This document shows, piece after piece, positions 1-11,747 of a stretch of DNA of 64,000 nt. The position numbers and the translations under genes are program-made. The notes under the pieces are model-generated. The model was not told where the DNA came from. It did no database searches and saw only the letters and a program-made list of their open reading frames with translations. Source of the DNA: Octopus vulgaris (lineage: Eukaryota); the NCBI GenBank assembly GCA_951406725.2, contig OX597814.1, positions 118,420,001 to 118,484,000 on the forward strand, read 5' to 3'. Numbering within the stretch: position 1 is the first letter of the stretch; every line of letters starts with the position of its first letter.

Positions 1-429
1 AAGAATGAGTGAGTATGGTTACGGGTTTATTTTATTGTTTTGTATTTGTTACAGTAGCTTCTGGATGACATACTGTCTGATAGACTGAAAGTATGTGAGG
101 GTCTTTTGTGGATATAGCTTTTATCGTTTACCTATTTCAGTCATTATACTCTGACTATGATGGTGTACCGTATTGAAGAAGCTCTCTTTTGACGAACTGT
201 TTTCCGGAATAAAAACACACCAACACCGCTTGCCAAGTTGTATGGGGAGGCAAACGCATATATAAGGCTGCACAAACACACACACAGACATATAGTTATA
301 TATTGCATACATGGCACTGAAAGGAATACACAGATATACACGCAGAATAGTTGGTGGAGGTTCGTTCTTCATTAGTCTGCAACTGAGATTTTTGAGTTCG
401 GCAAAAGAAAGACATGGTCTGTCACAGCA

Positions 430-1130
430 TTCTTCCTTAAATCTCTCTTGAGTCTTGCATGCCTGATCCTGGCCTCTTCAAACCCTTTCACTCCACACTT
501 TTGTTCGCCATCCAGCTCGATCCGAAGCAAGGGTTTCTATATCCTTTGGATCCATTCCAAGGGACCTCATATTAGTCGTTATGCCGTCTTTAAACCTCTT
601 TTTAGGTTTGCAACGCTAGCATTTCTCCTCTGCCGGCTCACCGTTAAACAGTTGATTGGGTTTGAAGTGCTGCCTGCGGACGCAAGGGCATCTATGTTTG
701 GAGTAAAAGAACTCCATTTACCTTGTTCCGACTCAGAGGTAGAGGTAACATCTATTCTTTCCATTAACGTATCTTTCACCCAGCTTTCAATAAACTCACT
801 CTAGGATAACTCATCCCTAAGTTTCTTTTTCAAGTGAAACTTGAAAAAGTTGGGGTGGATTCCACCAAAGAGGAATATATATATCCTCATGCATTTTAGT
901 TTCGTCTAGCAGACAACTTGTTTTCCACAGCCACCAGGCAAAGGAATATCGCCTTACCTGCCCGGTTAAAAGAAGGCCGCGGGACAATTATCACTATGGA
1001 GTCGACCAACAGACGGATTCGTCCCACACGAGACAGCAGATTTCATCGTAACTACCAAGTCAGCAATGCTCGGATACTGAACAAGGACGTACAGAGAGGT
1101 TTCGTCAATCTGCGCGCACCTCTAACAAGC
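430..1130 (-). mobile_element. Degenerate non-LTR retrotransposon fragment (APE endonuclease C-terminus plus linker)
   Basis: Manual minus-strand translation near 965-1120 gives QIDETSLYVLV...LHSDNCP, resembling the APE IDY/SDH motifs; many stops and frameshifts. Confidence 0.4.
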
Positions 1131-1218
1131 GCCATTTAACAGTACATACATACCTTTAGTGTTTGTCTCCAGCCGGTAGCGCCTCTGTTAGCACTGCTAG
1201 TCCAAGGCGATCAGTAAA

Positions 1219-1860
1219 TTATCCATGATAGCCCGGCGATTTGTTACCTATGCAATCGCTCATTGCCTCCCGAATTTCAGTAACATCTATTGGTTTTTCA
1301 CGTAGCCTCATGCCCGCTGCTGCGAACCGCAGCAGGCCGTCCAAGCACTAACTAAAATCCACTACCGTCGTCGACCCATCGCCCTGTCCAAACAGCCTCA
1401 CAAATTGACCTGGGAAGTCGCATATGTCTGCTTGGAGCTGAGTAGCATACGCCTGTACTTATCCGTGATTCTCATGATTCTGCTTCTATTTCATGTCTCC
1501 TCTGTTCGGACCCATCAGACAGCTTTCGTACCAATGTGTCTTTAGCTCTGACAACACAACCTTCGTGGTTCGCTTCAAAGATATGGTCAAGGGCCATTAC
1601 CGTCGCTAGAACATTGGTCGTGATGCATTTACTAATCGCCTCTTGTATTTTGTTAACCCCTCCCCACTAAACTGTTCTTTTTTATTGCTAGATTTTGCTA
1701 AAAAATATCGTTTCTACGCCAATCACCTCCTAGGGCGATCCACCACCGGTTGTTGATTGCCCTTATCAACTGCCGCTTAACTAGTTCACTAATCTGGTCC
1801 CTATAGTCTTTACGTGTCGGAAGTAACGTGTTCAACAATCAATAACCCGATCCTTGTGTT
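1219..1860 (-). mobile_element. L1/Tx1-clade LINE ORF2 fragment (endonuclease-RT linker), pseudogenised
   Basis: Minus-strand translation GSGY*LLNTLL...NNRWWIAL, EGCVVRAK and EKPIDVTEIREAMSDCIGNKSPGYHG matches the GxGYWKLN and PIxxxEI..KSPGxDG motifs of L1/Tx1. Confidence 0.7.
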
Positions 1861-1914
1861 CGGGTCCTATCAATCTCGATTGTGCAGATCACAAACTTGT
1901 TTTTACTCTATCAG

Positions 1915-2436
1915 TCTCTTTTGCATCCAAGACAAAATAATTTAAATGGTAACACTTCCAATCAGTTAAGATCAGAAGCCATGAGAGACACTATCTGGTA
2001 TGCATCAGGACATTTACTTGTCAGTTGTTTGACCTTAACCAGTTGACCATGTCTATTAGTGGCTCACGATATGTGCATCTCTGATCATGAGGAGAAGTAG
2101 CAGGGGAACATCATAGCCATGTAGTGAAAGGGATTTTTAGAGGTTTGGATTATTCACCTTTGGAAACATGGGTGTTTCGTTCAACATCCCTAAACAACCC
2201 TTATTCGGGGACCTTTTGAGCGAGATGAGTTACTCAACAACAAGAAAATTCTAACTTGGCCCCACCTGCAAGTCCATACGCTGTTTATTTTGATATGAGC
2301 TCACCATGTCGCGCACATATGTTTGCGATGCATGTGCCTGGTGTACCCTTATCAGACGAGTAGTCATGATGGGTATACTGGGCTTCGTATATTTTACCCC
2401 GGTGTCACTTTGATGGTATGCACCACTCTCTCACCC
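1915..2436 (+). repeat. Non-coding interspersed repeat ending in an (AAT)n tail
   Basis: Complex non-coding block running directly into (AAT)n at 2437; resembles a common octopus repeat from recollection only; single copy in this window. Confidence 0.45.
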
Positions 2437-2477
2437 AATAATAATAATAACAATAATGATAATAATAATAATAATAA

Positions 2478-2541
<64 letters not shown>
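2437..2541. repeat. (AAT)n followed by (TTA)n microsatellite (self-complementary junction)
   Basis: Directly visible; the repeat switches strand at about 2478. Confidence 0.95.
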
Positions 2542-2545
<4 letters not shown>

Positions 2546-5500
2546 TAGTATATTTTTTATATCGTGCTTTCACTTCACTACCGAGCGCAGCTCTGTGTGC
2601 CTTGGGTATGTGCTGTGATTTGTTGTGATGCTCTGATGGTTATTGTATGGAAAGTGTTCTGCGTAGGATGTGTGCAGTGCCTAGTAGTGCAATTTTATGT
2701 ATGTTATATGTGTTTGTAAGTCCTGGTGTTTTTGTTATGTATTTGTCTGAATATTTTTTATCATGCCAAATGCACCTATTATGAGAGGAATTGTTTCTGC
2801 TTTTAGATTCCACATTCTATTTACCTCTATTTCCAGGTCTTTTGTATTTTGAAAGTTTCTCCATTTCTTTTAGAGACACGTTGTCATCCGCTGGTATTGA
2901 TACTTCAATTAGAAAACAGTTTTTTTCTTCATGATCTCTGACAACTATATGTGGTCTGTTGGCCTTAATTTCTCTATCTGTGTGTATTGGCATATCCCAG
3001 AGTATGGTTGCTTTCTCGTTTTCTGTGACCTTTTCTGGTGTGTGCCTATACCATCATTTTTCTGTTGTTATTCCATAATGTTGGCATAGTTTCCAGTGTA
3101 TATAGGTCCCAACTCTGTCGTGTCTGTGAATATATTCCTTCTTAGCCAGGACTGGGCAGCCAGAGATAATATGATTTATTGTTTCTTGTCTATCTCCACA
3201 TATTCTGCAGTTACTTGTTATATTTCTTTTCATTACATGTTTTTGGTAATTTCTGGTGGGGAAGCTTCGGTCTTGTGCTGCAATTAAAAATCCTTGTATC
3301 TCTGCTTTGAGTACTGAGCTTCTCAACCATTGTTGGGATTTTTCTTTGTCTATTTCTTTTGCATTTAGTTTAGTCCAGTATTTGCCAGGATGGGGCTTTT
3401 CTTGGCATCGTTTTATCATGGTTCGTTGCTGTTCTATTTTTAGTTTGGATTTCATTTGTTTTATAGCTTTTCTCGTTTCTTCATCTTCTTCTTCTTCATA
3501 TTTGTTAGGTGGTATGATTTCTTGTTTGTATTTGTCAGCTTCCTTAAATACTGAGAACAGTTTTTTGTTTTGCTCGTGTTTTGCCGCTATTTTTATCAGT
3601 TTTCCTTCCTTCTGAAATAGATATTTTTGTAGTCCTATGGTGGTCATTTTATAGTAGTTTTCCTGCTGTATAAGGCCTCTACCACCTTCTATACGTTGTA
3701 TATATAGTCTTTCTATGTCAGATTTTGGGTGATGCATCCTAGATCATGTCATTATTTTTCTTGTTTTCCTATCTATTTTGGTCAGTTCATTTAGTGTCCA
3801 GTTAAGGATATTGTAGCTGTAACTTATAACTGGGACGGCTAAAGTGTTGATACCTATTATCTTGTTTTTAGCATTGAGCTCTGTTTTCAGTATTGAACTA
3901 ACTCGTCTATAATATTCTTTTTTTATTTTCTCTTTCGTTTGTGTGTGTTGTGTCTTATCTAGTTCATGAATTCCTAAGTATTTGTAAGTTTGGCTTTGGT
4001 TTAATTCTTTTATTTAATTGGTTTTATCTAGTGTGATGTTGCTACTCTTAATTAATTTTCCCCTTTTCAGGGTTACTTTGGCGCATTTCTCTAATCCAAA
4101 TTTCATATCTATTTCTTTGGTAAATCCATGAACTGGCTTTAGTAGTGTTTCCAGCTGTTTGTCATTTGTTTTAGGTCATCCATATATAAAAGGTGGCTGA
4201 TCTTTTTGCCGTAACATTTATATCCGCATCCAGTTCTGTTTAGCATATCCGATAGAGGTGACAGTGCCAAGCAGAAAAGGAGTGGAGAGAGTGTATCTCC
4301 CTGGAATATTCCTCTTCTAATGGGGATGTCTTTGGTTTTCACAAGTCCCTCTTTTGTTTGGAGCTGTAGCACTGTTTGCCATTTATTCATAGAGTGTCCT
4401 ATGTACTTTATAATTGTTGGTGCAACTTTGTTCATGGCTAGTGTTTCGAGAATCCATGTTTGGGGGATGCTATCAAACGCCTTTTTGTAGTCGATCCAGG
4501 CAATACTGAGGCCTATCTCCTTTCTGCGGCTGTCTTCAGTTATGGCTTTATTGATCTTTAGTTGATCTTTACAGCCATATGAGCCTTTGCGGCATTCTTT
4601 GTGCTCTTCTGGAAACAGGTCGTTTTCGTCCAGGTGCTTGTTCAATCTTTGCGATATTACTGCAGTAAATGCTTTGTAGATTGTAGGGAGACAGGTTATA
4701 GGTCTGTAGTTTTCTGGTTTTCCTGTCTCATTTGATTTGGGAATTAAGATGGTTTTCCCCTTCGTGAGCCATTTAGGCATTGTCTCAGGCTCTTCCAGTA
4801 TGTTGCTAAAATTTTCAGCCAGCTTTTTGTGCATTCCTGTTAGATATTTCAACTAGAAGTTGGGGATCTTGTCATGCCCAGGTGCCTTCCAGTTGCTTAG
4901 TCTTTGCAGTGCGTGGGTGACCTCTTCAGTTGTTATGGGGGTCCAAAGTTGCTCAGATGCTGAGTTTTTTTGTTTTAATACTCCCTTTTTTTTGTTGTTC
5001 GTTCGCCGACCATATTTCTCTCCAGAATTCTTCCACTTCTTCTGCCGTTGGTGCTGCAGTGATTTCTATTTTATTTTTGTCAAGTTCTTGGTAGAACTTT
5101 TTGGGTTTGGAGTTGAACTGTTTGTTTTGTTCAAAGAAACGTTGGCGTTTCTTGTACCGGCGGAACCTTTGTGCTTTGGTAAGGATATCTTTCTTCAGCT
5201 TTTCTTTTATCTTAGGTAAATCTTTGTGGTGTTGTATTTGCGGAGTATTTTTGTTTTCTTTTTGTTGCTCAGTAGCATTGATTGTCTACTGATTTCATTA
5301 AGAATCGACAGATCCTTTCTCATTTTTTGTATTTTGTTTTGGATGTTATTTATCCACAGGGTTTGTTTGGGTGGTGGTACTCCTGTTTGGATGGGTTTGA
5401 GTGAGTATCCAGCTTCTTTTGTGGCTGCAGTGACTGCTGCGTATACTAAGTCATTTAGCTCAGTGATATCGCGTTTTGTTTCAGTGGATATTAGTTCCGT

Positions 5501-6616
5501 GACGGCTAGGTTTATGTTATTTATAATTGACGTTGTTGTTTTGTCTATTTTGATTTTTGGGAGGTATGGTCGGTGGTCCATTTCGAGCACTGTGGTTTTC
5601 AGTTCTTTGATTATTCTACTTTTTATAGTTTCATAATCATTAGGCCCCCCTTCGTTGTTTCCAGGTTTTAGATTTTTGTCGCTTTCTATCTCATCCGTAT
5701 GTTTGTTTGTCATGTTTTGGCTTGCTGTTTGTCGTGTATTATTATGTATCCTTACGGTCTGGGTTTGTTGTTTGTTTGCTTACATCGTTTTTGTTAGAAA
5801 TGTTACGTTTGTCTTCGTGTTTTACTGTTTCAGTGTTTGTATTATTTGGCATTTGTTGTGTGGCTTCTATCTACATTTTCCTGATGTGTTTTTTCTTTTA
5901 AATGTTCTATTTCTATTTCTGATATTTTTCTGCGTTGAGAATATATCTCCGTATATTTGCTAGTTTATTAGGTTTCATTGTTGTATCCAGGTCTTTATTT
6001 ATGTTATTTTTCTTCCATATTTTGTATGTATGTGTTGTTGTATTTTCATTCTTTGGGTAGAGCACTGCTGTAAAGTAAGCGTGTAGGATAGAAATGTATT
6101 CCTCACGTGTCCATTTATGTCGTTTGGGTTTATTTGCGGGACGTGAGGAACAACGTCCGGCCCATTATTTTGATGGTCGTCATCTTCGTAGGGTACCGGT
6201 CCGTTCATTTCTGTTGTCACATTGTTTTGCACGTGTAGTTTTTCGTACATTTTATGTTGTAAATTTACAGTACGTACTTCCCGATTGTTATTCTTGGGTT
6301 GAATAATACCGGTATTATTTAATTTATTCGTATTTTTTTTTGTATATGGTGTTTGGGGCTGGAGATGATCTGATGTTGATGGATCGTAATGTATCACGCA
6401 TGTTTATATGTATTGTGTTAGAGGTGGGGATGATATCGAGTTAAAATACATCATTTCGTTTTGAAAATAGTAATAAATTTCCATGAGTATTACTTACTCG
6501 GATATAGTCCAATCCTTTGTCAGTTATTTTTTAGCTCCATGCGATATCTTTGTTTCCGATGTTTGTGGATAGATTTCGGAGCACTGTTTTATCTCTCCCA
6601 CATGTTTAACGTCCCC
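2542..6616 (-). mobile_element. Near full-length Dong/R4-clade RLE non-LTR retrotransposon
   Basis: RT motifs YRPITCL, WIDYKKAFDS, GIFQGDTLSPLLF, HLLYMDDLK (4139-4852); CCHC knuckle CRICGDRQETINHIISGC; RLE-type C-terminus ending GTAHILRRTLSIQ*; (TTA)n tracts on both flanks. Confidence 0.92.
2640..6397 (-). pseudogene. Disrupted single ORF (RT + zinc knuckle + RLE) of the Dong/R4 element
   Basis: Collinear ORF pieces 5999-6397, 5207-5713, 4139-4852 and 3054-3737 separated by stops and frameshifts; terminal TAA at 2640-2642. Confidence 0.85.
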
Positions 6617-6633
6617 TTATTATTATTACTATA

Positions 6634-6690
<57 letters not shown>
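6617..6690. repeat. (TTA)n microsatellite between two Dong/R4 copies
   Basis: Directly visible. Confidence 0.95.
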
Positions 6691-8283
6691 GTTTATGGGT
6701 TTGTCTTCTTTCAAATTTGCTTCCATTTCTTACCGAGTACCTTCCCGACTCCTAGGGCAAAGAAACTCATTGTATACATTGGTAGGCCATTAAACTAAAC
6801 TCACTAGTTCGTTCATTTTTTTTTATTGAAATAAAGTTAAATTAAAATGCATGGGTAGTAATAGTTCTCACATCGACAATGCTCTTCTCAATACGTGTGA
6901 TGTACAAGTTAAGACAATCTTTTGCACTTCTTGCAGGGATGGTAAGCCAGGGATCATTCTCATATAATTTTCGGTTCCCTTCTTGATCATTCCTAGTGCT
7001 CCTACGATCACTGGTATTATAACCGCCTGGTATAATAAAGGCGGCGAGCTGGCAGAAACGTTAGCGTGCCGGGCGAAATGCTTAGCGGTATTTCGGCTGG
7101 CGCAACGTTGTGAGTTCAAATTCCGCTGAGGTCGACTTTGCCTTTCATCCTTTCGGGGTCGATAAATTAATTACCAGTTACGCACTGGGGTCGACGTAAT
7201 CGACTTAATACCTATGTCTGTCCTTGTTTGTCCCCTCTGTGTTTAGCCCCTTGTGGGTAATAAAGAAATAGGTATTATAACCGCCTTGAGATGCCACATT
7301 TTCAATGAGCAAGTCTTTATATTTTCTGAGCTTGTCAAATTCTTTCGCTGAGATATTATGATCACAGGGGATGCTCATGTCGATCAATAAGCAAACATTA
7401 TTGTTTTGGTCTTTCACAACAATATCCGGATTATTGGCTTTGATGGTTCGGTCTGTATGTACTGGAGAGTCCCACAGAATCGTCACATTTTCTCCTTCAG
7501 TTACAGCTTCAGGGTGGTGATTACACCACTTGTTGGCAGGTTTGATATTGTAATGGCGACTTATTAGCCAGTGTAGATATTGGCCAACTCTGTCATGTCT
7601 TAATTTATACTCCACTGGGGCTAAGACTTTACATCCAAAGATTAGATGGTCCACTGTTTCAAACATGTCGTTGCAGAATCGGCATTTTGGGTCAGCTCCA
7701 TTTTTCATCACATTGGCCTGGTAGTTCCGGGTTAATAGGCTTTGATCTTGAGCAGCCAGGATGAAACCTTCGCTCTCTGCTTTTAGCCCTGAGCTCCGTA
7801 GCCACTGATGGGTTTGCTTCTGGTCAACATCAGCTTGTTTACTACGGGCCAAATATTTGCCGTGCAGAGGTTTCTCCTTCCACCTATCAGCCAATTGCTC
7901 GTGCGCTTTTTTCGTTGCCATTATTTTCACCTTCTTTGCAACAATAGTTGCCGTACTTCCCTCGGGTTGTTCAGTTTGGGTATCCTGCACGAGATCGATA
8001 GCAAATTATTTGCTTTCCTTTATGATAGAATGAAGCTTCTTTCGTCTCTCGTTATTTTCCACGAGATTTAGCATCCAGTCATTCGTTATTTCAAGATATT
8101 TAGCCAGTCCAAATGTGGTTGTTTTGTAAGCTAGTTCAAATTGGATCAGGCTCTGGGCTCTGAGGAGGTAAAGGCGATCTACGTCTGCCTTTGGGTGGTG
8201 CATCCTATTACAACTCAGCAGCTTGCGTATTTTCCTAACTATTTTCTTTACTTCACTCATATTCCAGTTCAACACATTGTAGC
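6691..8283 (-). mobile_element. 5'-truncated Dong/R4-clade LINE of a second subfamily, interrupted by a SINE
   Basis: ORFs 8006-8275 (HHPKADVDRLYL), 7205-7990 (EGFILAAQDQ, CRFC..ETVDHL..GC, PDIVV, IDMSIP, KYKDL) and 6868-7119 tail (IPVIVGALG...HVLRRALSM); both ends abut (TTA)n. Confidence 0.9.
7029..7270 (+). mobile_element. tRNA-derived SINE (MetaSINE-like central domain) with 16-bp target-site duplication
   Basis: Head GGCGAGCTGGCAGAA, B-box-like GAGTTCAAATTCC, core GCCTTTCATCCTTTCGGGGTCGATAAA; TSD GGTATTATAACCGCCT at 7013-7028 and 7271-7286; related copies at 9393, 52464 and 61139. Confidence 0.9.
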
Positions 8284-8343
<60 letters not shown>

Positions 8344-8398
8344 CATTGTTGTTATTATTATTTCTATTATTGTCATTATTATTATAACAATAATATTA
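8284..8398. repeat. (TTA)n microsatellite, degenerate distally
   Basis: Directly visible. Confidence 0.9.
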
Positions 8399-8479
8399 AC
8401 GCCCGCTTGATTTCAGTAAATGAATAGTTATACAACAACAATAATAATGATGATTATGATAAATATTCCGGTCTATTAT

Positions 8480-9030
8480 ATCTGAACAGAACGCGCGCCA
8501 AGAATCAAGCTCAATGCATATGAATGTGTACTGTATAATCCTAAACACTAAACAAAGCGCATTTACTGAAGATGATTACAAGATATCACTGGATATCCTG
8601 AGAACTCATGAGTGTACTTCTGGTCAGCATCAGCTTGTTTGCTATGGACCACATATTTGTCATAGAGAAGTATGTTTTCCCATCTACTAAACAATGATTT
8701 ACATTCTATCTTTTGGTATCAATTTTACTTTGCTCGCAACAATAGTTTAATCTGGGTATCTTTCATGAAAGCTATAGGAAATATATTACTCTACTCCAAA
8801 ACAGAATGAAATTTTCTACGCTTTTTGTGACTGACCAGTTTAGCGTACAGCCATTAGTTCTTTCAAGATATTTGGCAAGGTTCAATTGTAGTGGATTTTT
8901 AAGAAAATTCGAACTCTTTCAGACCTCCATCATCTTAGACCTTGGGAGGCTTAATGCAATCCACGCCTGCCATTGGTGGTACATCTTACTATAAGTCAGC
9001 AGCTTACGAATTGGTTTATCAATATTTTTA
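8480..9030 (-). mobile_element. Older, decayed Dong/R4 fragment
   Basis: About 8620-8670 (TCTGGTCAGCATCAGCTTGTTTGCTA...) aligns by eye with 7820-7870; collinear similarity continues to about 9030. Confidence 0.65.
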
Positions 9031-9308
9031 TCTGTTGTGTCTGGGGAGAGTCATTTTTTTTTTGTGCTTTATAATATAACACACTCACCGGTAAAATTTC
9101 CACTTATTTCTCATGTTTATTTTCCTAAAATTTTCGTTGCGTCTTGCAAACTTTTCATTAGTTTTGACTCTTAATAGTTTTGACTATTGAAAAAGTTGCA
9201 AGACGCAACGAAAATTTTAGGAAAATAAAGATAAAAAAGTGGAAATTTACCGGTGAGTGTGTTATGTTATAAGAAAAAAATAAATTGACTCTTCCCAGAC
9301 ACAACGGA
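9031..9308. repeat. ~280-bp imperfect palindrome (fold-back)
   Basis: Arms TGTTGTGTCTGGGGAGAGTCA...TTTCGTTGCGTCTTGCAA and TTGCAAGACGCAACGAAA...TGACTCTTCCCAGACACAAC are reverse complements. Confidence 0.92.
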
Positions 9309-9392
9309 ATATGATTCAACACACGAACTCATATAAAGAATCTCGCAAACCAAATCCAAAAACGAAATAATGTTATCACTTAGTGATCATTC

Positions 9393-9572
9393 AAATGCTT
9401 AGCAGTACTTCGCCCGCCTCTACATTCTGAGTTCAAATTCCACAGACGTCGACGTTGCATTTAATCATTTCGGGGTCGATGAATTAAGTACCAGTGAATT
9501 ACTGGGGTCGATGTAATCGACTAGTTTCCTCCCCTCAAATTTCAGGCCTTGTGCCTATAATACAAAGGATTA
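9393..9572 (+). mobile_element. Truncated MetaSINE-like SINE
   Basis: Similar to 7075-7205 (GAGTTCAAATTCC...TTTCGGGGTCGAT...TACCAG...CTGGGGTCGA) with a different tail. Confidence 0.8.
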
Positions 9573-9697
9573 TATTTGCTCTTGTTCTTGCTGTTGATGC
9601 TGTTGTTAATATTATACACAAAACCATTTCAAAGCCGTACATACATAGTACATTGTGTGTAAACGCACAAATATATATATCGGTGTGTGAGTATATA

Positions 9698-9935
9698 TAC
9701 TCTTTTACTCTTTTACTTATTTCAGTCATTTGACTGTGGCCATGCTGGAGCACTGCCATTAGTCGAGCAAATCAACCCCAGGACTTATACTTTGTAAGCA
9801 AGCCTAGTACTTATTCTATCGGTATCTTTTGCCGAACCGCCAAGTTAGGGGGACGTAAGCACACCAGTATCAGTTGTCAAGTGATGTTGGGGGGACAAAC
9901 ACAAACAAACTAACAAACAAACACACACACACACG

Positions 9936-9988
<53 letters not shown>

Positions 9989-10140
9989 GACGGGTTTCTT
10001 TCAGTTTCTGTCTACCAAATCCATTCACAAGGCTTTGGTCGGCCCGAGGCTATAGTAGAAGACACTTGCCAAGGTACCACGCAGTGGGACTGAACCCGGA
10101 ACCATGTGGCTGATAAGCAGACTACTTACCACACAGCCAC
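9698..10140 (-). mobile_element. tRNA-derived CORE-type SINE with internal (TA)/(TG) microsatellite
   Basis: Reverse-complement homologue of 17229-17640; CORE-like CCTTGG(G)CAAGTG and GAGTAAAA tail repeats. Confidence 0.88.
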
Positions 10141-11426
10141 ACATGATATATATATATATATGATGTCTATACGTATGTATTGTGTGCGTATTGATGTGTG
10201 TGACTTTAATTATAATGCATTTATATGTATTTATTCATAAATCTTTAACTTGGTATTTCATATTCTCTATCTTTACAATTTTACCAAATATGTAAATAAA
10301 TATAGGAGTTGCACTGTTTATAAAGCGTAGGAAGAAGTTTTGGAAGAAGCACACACACCTACAGAAAATAATTGATTAATTGATTAGCCACAATTAATTA
10401 AGTGTTTCTAGATTTATTTTATTGACACACAACTTTGAATTATCTAACTTTAAAGAGTTTATTAATGGGTAATCGTTAAAGAAGAAAATATTATCTTTAA
10501 TATATAGTGTAACATTATGCAAACTCTCTGAATTATTGATCGTAACGCCTAAAGCCTTACCACAAAATATCTAACGTTGTAATTGGGAATTTTTCGTATA
10601 AATTTCCTCAATGGTCTGCATACTCTTTGAAGAGGTTTTTCGTATTAAACATAAAATTATCTTTGATGTAAATTTCAAAATATATTGTTGATAGATTTTA
10701 GAGAATATAATTCATGAAATAGTATGAAATTAACTAAAGCTTAGTTGATTTTGATATTTTTAATTCATGTCTTCTGATTTACATTTCCCTGAATATCTTT
10801 GACACTCACAAAAAAAATCTATATTAATATGTTACTATTCTGAAGATATAGACGCAGTCAATAAATAGGCGTTGAAATATAATAATGATTTCAATTAAGG
10901 TCAGATAGAAGATAGACGAAGTTTATTATCATACATATTAATGTACATACATTATTTAATACAAAGTTACGTACAAACATATATGAATATAAAACCAGAC
11001 AAATATGCATATATAAATATACATACACACACATATTAGTATGCTTGTGTGTGAGTGTGTGTGGGGGGTATCAATAAAATTTGAATATCGACTTGATTTG
11101 AAACAAGTTCTTTGACTCTTATATCTTTTCTTTTCGTTTCTTTTTCGTTAATTAATTTTTACCTTTGTGTTACTTTTGGATTATTTAGATATTATTTCAC
11201 ATAAAGGCGTTTTTGAATTCGCTAAAAATGTAATATTTTACAGCATCCACACTTCAACAGATGTTTTCATAAGATTCTGTTTTAATTCTCTGATATATTA
11301 TATCTAAAATAAATTCGTTCTCTAGATAACACAATTATATAGAACAAAATATTATTTGCGGGATTTATCCCCCACATGCACACACTCACTCACACACACT
11401 CACACACACACACACACACACGCACG

Positions 11427-11502
<76 letters not shown>

Positions 11503-11701
11503 AGCATCTGTGAATTCTGCGTGAATAAGGAAAGGGTGGTGAGGGAAATTTGGTGAACAGAATTATACGCATTCACAGAATAATGACTATAATTTTTGTC
11601 TTTGCTATGGGGGTTTATATACCTTAATATTTCTATAGTCAATATACGTTCAAACCTTATAATTCTATATGCAAAAAAACATACCTACATATATGTAAAA
11701 A

Positions 11702-11747
<46 letters not shown>

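Noticed and set aside
3096-5963. Hydrophobic plus-strand ORFs resembling membrane proteins
   Set aside because: Antisense shadows of the A-rich Dong/R4 ORF.
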